64,000 nucleotides of DNA, from positions 2,001,125 through 2,065,124 of the forward strand of contig OZ245814.1 in NCBI GenBank assembly GCA_965228415.1, written 5' to 3'. The notes below the pieces were generated by a model, which saw nothing but the letters and a program-made list of their open reading frames with translations, searched no databases and had not been told where the DNA came from. Source of the DNA: Cyclobacteriaceae bacterium. Its GTDB lineage: Bacteria; Bacteroidota; Bacteroidia; Cytophagales; Cyclobacteriaceae. Positions 58,124 through 64,000 of this stretch are shown in pieces (the first letter of the stretch is position 1; every line of letters starts with the position of its first letter). The position numbers were made by a program, and so were the translations under genes.

Positions 58124-59398
58124 TTATCTTAATTTATAAAAAGCACCCAGGTTTAAGCTTAATGCATTAACGGACCTTCTCTCAACCCCAAGCTTTCCCA
58201 GCCCGTATTGGTAGTCTACACTCATCTGGCCGGCAAATTTTCTACTGAACTTATGCTCAATACCGACCGATCCTGTAAAGTTACCTAAATAAATTTTTAA
58301 ATCCTTCTCTTGTGTTACTTCATTGGTCTCAACAAGCTTGTCATTGTCAATTTCAATGTATTTGTAGTCAAATGACTGATTGAGCAAAAAGTCGATGGTT
58401 GGACCGCCTGACATAAAAACTGACCAACTATAGTTTAAATCCTTGTAAACCCTGAGGTGTAAGGGCACCTGGATAATTTCATTGTCAATAATAATCTCAT
58501 CGGGAATCCTGCCTAGCTCGGCATAACCTGGGTATCGGGCCAAATCCTCTGCATTAAAGTTGTTGTCATCAACTTCATCCAGTTTATAATTAAACCGATT
58601 CAGGTGGATACCTGTTAAAAACCTGAGATTTCTTTTTAGTGAAAACTCTCCATGAAGCCCAAATTTTTCACTTATGTATCTTTCGCCAATGTCGGGGTCT
58701 GGTACCAGCAGGCCTGCTGTTACTCCCAACCTGGCCTCAAAAGGGTTTGAAATGTATTTTCTGCACGGTGTCTTTTTGCTGCGTTTAACCCCTTTTATCG
58801 CGACTCTTTGTAAATAATCTTCCAACCACTTTTCGGGATCAACTATTTCAGATTCTATCATGGCTATATCTTCTGACCTGGCCGGTGCCAGATCACCGCT
58901 CTCCGGATATTGAACAGGCGATAAAAAGCCCTTCCAAGAAGACCGTGGGAACGCATTGTTATTGAGAGATGCCGATAAACTAAGATAATTAGGTGCTCCT
59001 TTTCCGGATTTGGCAGGCCACCAGGTGTCTGATAAAGATTTGGAAGATATTATCTGGCCAGAGGCTTGTGCAGGGTCAGTGCGGGCAACGTTTTTTGTAA
59101 TAAATAAAGTATCAAATACGCGAATAGTATCCACCACCTGCACGATTGATTGCGGATGATGCTTCCAATCATACAGGCCATTTTTTTCGGATCTGATTTC
59201 CCAGAGCAAATAAAAATTCAACAATGAAAACAGCAGAAGTCCGCCCGTCCAAAAAGCCTTTTGCCAACGTTGGTACCATGGTTGCGGCGCGGAATAGCGG
59301 AGAATATCCGCCATGTCATCCCAGCTATCCGGACTAAACTTTGGATTCAATTCGGAAAATTTCTCTCTAATACGATCATCAAAAGCTTTATGATCCAT
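58124..59398 (-). CDS. Putative anti-sigma factor with TM segment and beta-barrel-like C-terminus
   Basis: Overlaps the ECF sigma gene by 11 nt. Short cytoplasmic N-terminus, one TM (FWTGGLLLFSLLNFYLLW) and a C-terminal alternating-beta region. Confidence 0.45.
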   Translation of the reverse strand: MDHKAFDDRIREKFSELNPKFSPDSWDDMADILRYSAPQPWYQRWQKAFWTGGLLLFSLLNFYLLWEIRSEKNGLYDWKHHPQSIVQVVDTIRVFDTLFITKNVARTDPAQASGQIISSKSLSDTWWPAKSGKGAPNYLSLSASLNNNAFPRSSWKGFLSPVQYPESGDLAPARSEDIAMIESEIVDPEKWLEDYLQRVAIKGVKRSKKTPCRKYISNPFEARLGVTAGLLVPDPDIGERYISEKFGLHGEFSLKRNLRFLTGIHLNRFNYKLDEVDDNNFNAEDLARYPGYAELGRIPDEIIIDNEIIQVPLHLRVYKDLNYSWSVFMSGGPTIDFLLNQSFDYKYIEIDNDKLVETNEVTQEKDLKIYLGNFTGSVGIEHKFSRKFAGQMSVDYQYGLGKLGVERRSVNALSLNLGAFYKLR

Positions 59399-59957
59399 AT
59401 ATGCTTAATCCCTCCGTTTTGTTTACTTCCAACATTGCCTTTAACTTCATCCTCGCTTTGGCAAGGTTTGATTTTGACGTTCCTTCACTAATACCCAACT
59501 TTTCGCTGATTTCGCGGTGGTTGTACCCTTCAATGACAAATAAGTTGAATACTATTTGATATGCCGGGGGCAATTTCTGCACCATTTTAAGTATTTCATC
59601 AACTGAAAACTGTTCAACAACCTCCGGGTTAATAACCTCTGAATCGGCTTTGGTAATCTCCAACATATGCCGAAAATGATTATGCTTGCGGTAATGGTCA
59701 ATAGAAGTGTTAACCATAATTCTTCTGACCCAGGCTTTAAATGATTGACCGGGCGAGTGTTGATCAATTTTCGTAAATACTTTCAGGAACCCATCGTTGA
59801 GAATCTCTTTTGCTTCATCCTCTCCGTTAGAATACCTGAGGCATATACTCATCGTATAGGGATACAGCATTCGGTAAAGCTTCTTTTGAGCTTTTCTATC
59901 ACCCTTTTTACACCCGTTTATGAGTGCATTTACGATATTTTTGTTGTCAAAATCCAA
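59388..59957 (-). CDS. ECF-subfamily RNA polymerase sigma-70 factor
   Basis: Sigma region 2 (ILNDGFLKVF...AWVRRIMVNTSIDHYRK) and region 4 (EGYNHREISEKLGISEGTSKS). Confidence 0.85.
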   Translation of the reverse strand: MDFDNKNIVNALINGCKKGDRKAQKKLYRMLYPYTMSICLRYSNGEDEAKEILNDGFLKVFTKIDQHSPGQSFKAWVRRIMVNTSIDHYRKHNHFRHMLEITKADSEVINPEVVEQFSVDEILKMVQKLPPAYQIVFNLFVIEGYNHREISEKLGISEGTSKSNLAKARMKLKAMLEVNKTEGLSIYGS

Positions 59958-60134
59958 AAGTGGAATTTTTGTGTAAACAAGACGTAAATATTACAACTAT
60001 CGTTGCCATTACCCTAATACCTTAATAAATTTAATACTTTGCGCTTATAAAAGTAACTTTGAGATAATAAATAGGCAACTTAACCCGATAACACCTCGTC
60101 ATGTGGTCAGGTGCAGCAAATACTATATGGGTCA

Positions 60135-61607
60135 ATGAAAAATTTTTTAATCATATGCCTGCTTTCATCGATATTATTGTCCTGCAGTGATATTCTTGAA
60201 GATCCGGACCTGGTCAGGACAGGTATTGCCATTGACCCGGAATTGATGGCTTCGAGCATCTGGAAGGTAGAATATACCAATAGCAATCCCCAAAATGGCA
60301 CTACCGGTTTTCAGGGAGCTTTTCTGGAATTTAATGCGGATAACACCTTTGACCTTGTAAATAGCGATCACGAACTTTTCACCGGAGAATGGGCGCTTTC
60401 GCAGGAAAGGGATCTGCTGGTGATAAGATCAGATGGCAAAATCGAGGCTCCCTATGACGAAATTGAAAATGAGTGGATTATTTTAATTGCTGAAAATAAC
60501 CATATCAGGATACAGGAACGAGACCCCAAGGGTAGTGAGGAGATTAACTTTACGACTGCTTCCAACCATGAAATCCCGAACATGTGTGAGGGCATTACCG
60601 ACCTGATCAAGAAAAAGGAATGGCATATTCAACGTTTTGTGATGGCAGGCGAAGATATTACCTCCTGGTTTAGCAACTTCGAATTGGTGTTTGACACGGA
60701 AGCCAGGGCCACTGCCACCAATGGTTCCAACACATTTAACGGTAGCTGGCAGCCCGGAATTCGATGCGATAAATTTCAGTTGGGTTTCGATCACGTCAGT
60801 GTATTGAATCCTATCTCTCATTTGTGGAAACTTTCCTATTTTACTGAAAATACCATTAGTTTGACCCTCACGAAAGATTCTTTCACCTGGGAAATGATAT
60901 TGGTAACCGGTCAAAACCTTGCCGATAACCTGTGCGAGCAGGCAGAATCGATCGTAAAGGCGGGCAGTTGGAAGGTTTCAAAGTTTGTCACCGGCAATGA
61001 CAACTACAGCAATGATTTTAAGGATTATCTTTTCCGCTTTAATGCCAACGGGCAATTAGTGGCCTCGGCTGAGAATACGGAATTTATTGGGGACTGGTCC
61101 CTGGTCAATGGTTGTAGAAACATGCCTCTGGACATCCGTGGAAATGACTTTTTAGACAAAGTCAGTGAAGACTGGAAGCTGGTTTTAGTTTCCGAAAACC
61201 TAATTAATCTGATTGCTGAGACAGAAAACAGGAAAAAGGAAATTCAATTCACCAAACTGCCGGAGCCAACCGATTTATGCGATTCACTGATAAAACAATT
61301 CGGTCGGGAACAAGCCTGGCAAGTGTCTTCATACAAGGTAAACAATGAAGATTTAAGTGAGCAACTGAAGGGTATAGCGATTACATTCAACAAAGATGGC
61401 ACTTTGATATTAACCAATGGAGATCATAAAAATGAAGGTGATTGGAATATAAAAGAAGATTGCACAAAAGTTGAAATCAAGTTGCAGAGCGGTGGTATAG
61501 TAAATAAAATTTTGGGAGAATGGTATATAACCGAAGTAACCGAAAAAAAGATTATCCTGGTATACGAAAGTGAAACAGAGCGCATTGAGTTACAACTAAC
61601 CCTTTGA
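60135..61607 (+). CDS. Lipoprotein of four tandem lipocalin-like (~100 aa) repeats
   Basis: Lipobox LLSCS; four repeats each starting W(K/H/Q)V and ending in GxW...hydrophobic strands. The start is taken at MKNFLIICLL. Confidence 0.5.
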   Translation: MKNFLIICLLSSILLSCSDILEDPDLVRTGIAIDPELMASSIWKVEYTNSNPQNGTTGFQGAFLEFNADNTFDLVNSDHELFTGEWALSQERDLLVIRSDGKIEAPYDEIENEWIILIAENNHIRIQERDPKGSEEINFTTASNHEIPNMCEGITDLIKKKEWHIQRFVMAGEDITSWFSNFELVFDTEARATATNGSNTFNGSWQPGIRCDKFQLGFDHVSVLNPISHLWKLSYFTENTISLTLTKDSFTWEMILVTGQNLADNLCEQAESIVKAGSWKVSKFVTGNDNYSNDFKDYLFRFNANGQLVASAENTEFIGDWSLVNGCRNMPLDIRGNDFLDKVSEDWKLVLVSENLINLIAETENRKKEIQFTKLPEPTDLCDSLIKQFGREQAWQVSSYKVNNEDLSEQLKGIAITFNKDGTLILTNGDHKNEGDWNIKEDCTKVEIKLQSGGIVNKILGEWYITEVTEKKIILVYESETERIELQLTL

Positions 61608-61663
61608 CAAGACATCGCTCCTAACAGCTTTTATGCTATGATTTTTTTATTCAATTACTCATT

Positions 61664-61699
61664 GAAGCCGTGGTGTATTCATATCACGGCTTTTTCAAG
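61664..61699 (+). terminator. Rho-independent terminator after lipocalin-repeat lipoprotein gene
   Basis: Stem AAGCCGTG/CACGGCTT followed by TTTTTC. Confidence 0.6.
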
Positions 61700-61728
61700 A
61701 AAACGGGAAATTCGGCAGCAACCCGTAT

Positions 61729-62418
61729 TTAGGTTTGGGCTGTTACAACCTGCGAATCTTTCACCACGGCACCATCTTCGATCCTTACAATTCTTTTTCC
61801 AAATTGGGCATTTTTCTCCGAGTGGGTCACCTGGATAATCGTCATGCCCTCCTCGTTAAGCTTTCGAAAGACCCCCATAATTTCTTCGCCCTGCTCGGAA
61901 TGCAAATTGCCGGTAGGCTCATCGGCCAGTAGCAACTTGGGATTACCGACAATAGCCCTGGCGACACCCACCAATTGTTGCTGGCCACCGGAAAGTTGAT
62001 CGGGAAAAAGATCTTTTTTAGCCACCATATTGAAACGGTCCAGCATTTCAGCCACCATACTCTTTCTTTCCTTGGATTTTATTCCTTTATATAACAACGG
62101 GGTCTCAATGTTCTCGTATACCGTAAGCTCATCAATTAAGTGGTAAGCCTGAAAAATAAAGCCAATGTGATGCTTGTGCAACTCGGTCTTCATTCTTTCT
62201 CTTAACCGGTGCACCGGCTCGTCCATAAAAAAATATTCGCCGGCCGAGGGTTGGTCCAGCATACCAATAATATTTAACAAAGTAGATTTTCCTGCACCAC
62301 TTGGGCCCATGATGGTCAAAAACTCTCCTTGCTGAACCTCAAGTTCAACACCTTTTAGAATAAATACACGCTGGTATTTCGAATCTACGTATTTGTCTAT
62401 ATCATTAAGTTTAATCAT
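61729..62418 (-). CDS. ABC transporter ATP-binding protein, LolD/MacB-type
   Basis: Walker A GPSGAGKSTLLN, signature LSGGQQQ and Walker B LLLADEPTGNL. Confidence 0.85.
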   Translation of the reverse strand: MIKLNDIDKYVDSKYQRVFILKGVELEVQQGEFLTIMGPSGAGKSTLLNIIGMLDQPSAGEYFFMDEPVHRLRERMKTELHKHHIGFIFQAYHLIDELTVYENIETPLLYKGIKSKERKSMVAEMLDRFNMVAKKDLFPDQLSGGQQQLVGVARAIVGNPKLLLADEPTGNLHSEQGEEIMGVFRKLNEEGMTIIQVTHSEKNAQFGKRIVRIEDGAVVKDSQVVTAQT

Positions 62419-62730
62419 AGTATAAGCGTTTGATGGACAAAAGCCAATAAATATGCCAAATTCACCATTTGGTGGGATCCAATATTATTTCAATCATTTA
62501 TATCCATTAATATACTAATCCTATGACAATATTAAATGGTTTTAAACTAATTTAAAGATGGAAATATTACTTTGGACCGGCTGCACAATTATGAGCTATG
62601 GTTTAAATCATCCATCGGTGGATGCTTTTCCACATAAGCGGCAATGTTCAAAAATGAACAGAATCGTACGAAATCGATCAATTAATTATCTTAAATAAGG
62701 CAAATACCCCAAAATAACGAAAAAATCACT

Positions 62731-62749
62731 TTGGCACATTTGTTGGCAA
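62731..62749 (+). promoter_or_regulatory. Conserved TTGGCACATT-N2-TTGGCAA motif (copy 2)
   Basis: Lies 44 bp upstream of the HlyD-adaptor start; 17 of 19 positions match the copy at 54881. Confidence 0.35.
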
Positions 62750-62792
62750 GTCACTATTATTAAGTATAAACTGAATATAATTGCTCATAATT

Positions 62793-64000
62793 ATGGGAAT
62801 GGATAGAAAAATCAAAAAGAAAATGTGGACGCCAAAAAGGATATTAACCATTGGAGGTGCCACTGCCCTCTTCTCGGTGATTCTATATACCTTGCTGTTT
62901 GCGGATAACAGGTCCAAATTAAATGTGGATTCCAATAAAATCACGATTTCTACTATTACCGAAGGTGATTTTCAGGAATGGATCCCTGAGACCGGTACAG
63001 TTCAACCCATTAAAACCTACTTCCTCGACGCCATTGAAGGTGGCATTATTCAGGCCTTAAATATGGAAACCGGCTCAATGGTAAAAAAGGGTGACGCACT
63101 CATTACGCTGAGCAACTCAAATTTACAACTGGATGTACTACAGCGTGAAGCCCAACTATACGAGCAAATCGACCGCTTAAGAAATTCAAGATTACTCCTA
63201 GATCAAAATACCCAGGATTTAGAAACACGACTCGCGGAAATCGACTATCAAATCAAATTATTGCAACCCCAGAAGAAAAGGCAGGAATATTTGCTGGAAG
63301 AAAAGGCCATTTCCCAGCAGGAATATGAAGATGTTATCGAAAATTATAACTACAACCTCAAAAGGAGGGCTCTTACTTATAAGGCTTACCGGAGAGATTC
63401 CGTTTTAAAAAAAATCCAATTAAAACAACTCAATGACTCTGAGGCAAGAATGTGGAAAAGCCTGGAGGCAGTGGGAAGCATTTTAGATAACCTTGTTGTA
63501 AAAGCACCTAAAGACGGCCTGTTTGCATCTCCACAGCTGGAAATAGGGCAATCTATCGCTCCCAGGGAAAGGCTGGGCCAAATAGATATCATTGATGATT
63601 TCAAATTAAGAATAGAAATTGATGAAATATACCTGCCCAGAATTAGCGTAGGGCAAATTGCTACCTACACCAATCCGGGTGGAAAAGTTTATAAACTGGA
63701 GGTAACAAAAGTATACCCCACCATTGCCAACGGCAACTTTGAAGTGGATATGGAATTCGAGTCGGGGGCTCCTAACGGTGTAAAACGGGGGCAGTCACTT
63801 CGAATCAGAATTGAATTGGGTAATCCAGGCCAGGCATTATTATTATCTACAGGCGGTTTCTTTCAATCAACTGGTGGGAATTGGGTATATCTGTTAGATG
63901 AATCAGGACAAAAAGCCGTTAAGCAACCGATCCGGGTTGGGCGTAAGAATTCTGAAAACTATGAGGTACTGGAAGGCCTGAAACCAGGTGATCGGGTAAT
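62793..64000 (+). CDS. HlyD-family periplasmic adaptor (membrane-fusion protein), 3'-partial
   Basis: Open frame from the ATG at 62793 to the window end. N-terminal TM, coiled-coil hairpin, then beta-barrel/lipoyl blocks typical of MFPs. Confidence 0.7.
   Translation, partial: MGMDRKIKKKMWTPKRILTIGGATALFSVILYTLLFADNRSKLNVDSNKITISTITEGDFQEWIPETGTVQPIKTYFLDAIEGGIIQALNMETGSMVKKGDALITLSNSNLQLDVLQREAQLYEQIDRLRNSRLLLDQNTQDLETRLAEIDYQIKLLQPQKKRQEYLLEEKAISQQEYEDVIENYNYNLKRRALTYKAYRRDSVLKKIQLKQLNDSEARMWKSLEAVGSILDNLVVKAPKDGLFASPQLEIGQSIAPRERLGQIDIIDDFKLRIEIDEIYLPRISVGQIATYTNPGGKVYKLEVTKVYPTIANGNFEVDMEFESGAPNGVKRGQSLRIRIELGNPGQALLLSTGGFFQSTGGNWVYLLDESGQKAVKQPIRVGRKNSENYEVLEGLKPGDRV

Noticed and set aside
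1-64000. CRISPR arrays, rRNA/tRNA genes, integrases and transposases
   Set aside because: No short regularly spaced direct repeats were seen. No tRNA T-arm or acceptor signatures appeared in intergenic regions. No recombinase or transposase motifs appeared in any ORF. The accessory-looking block therefore has no recognisable mobility gene within this window.

Overview
The window is a Bacteroidota-type chromosomal segment, read from sequence alone. The assignment rests on T9SS type-B C-terminal sorting domains, FtsX-family ~800-aa permeases, LytTR two-component systems, ECF sigma pairs and Kelch/PD40 lipoproteins. GC content looks moderate by eye.

Most of the window is ordinary housekeeping and transport:
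- a 5'-truncated CN-hydrolase, a Rieske oxygenase and a LytS/LytTR two-component system
- SSS and AgcS transporters flanking an fbaA–mgsA pair
- a TamB/AsmA-like giant protein
- AGXT-type aminotransferase, L-lactate permease and a YyaL thioredoxin-domain protein
- a hutG–hutF pair, an ECF sigma/anti-sigma pair and a MacB-type efflux set

The unusual part is about 24.9–41 kb. A phage-CI/LexA-like XRE+S24 repressor heads a minus-strand operon of a single-HKD PLD/Nuc-like nuclease, SnoaL/NTF2-like proteins, a PA-IL-like lectin and a 2H phosphoesterase. Across a very AT-rich intergenic region sits a plus-strand run of ten genes: a YbjN-like small protein, PspA/IM30, an NfeD/YqiJ-like membrane protein, a long flotillin/SPFH protein, two mini membrane proteins, a 12-TM permease plus ABC ATPase, and a 1643-aa protein with a single C-terminal MoxR-like AAA+ module (Walker A degenerated to SPPGYGKT) behind a ~1280-aa coiled-coil-rich extension. 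This looks like a previously undescribed membrane-remodelling or envelope-stress system and is the top candidate for defence or abortive infection.

Other notable items are an 811-aa secreted protein built from 8 tandem ~96-aa Ig-like repeats, a lipoprotein made of four lipocalin-like repeats, a 19-nt TTGGCA-N6-TTGGCA motif shared upstream of two unrelated genes, and several clear rho-independent terminators. No rRNA, tRNA, CRISPR array, integrase or transposase was recognised.
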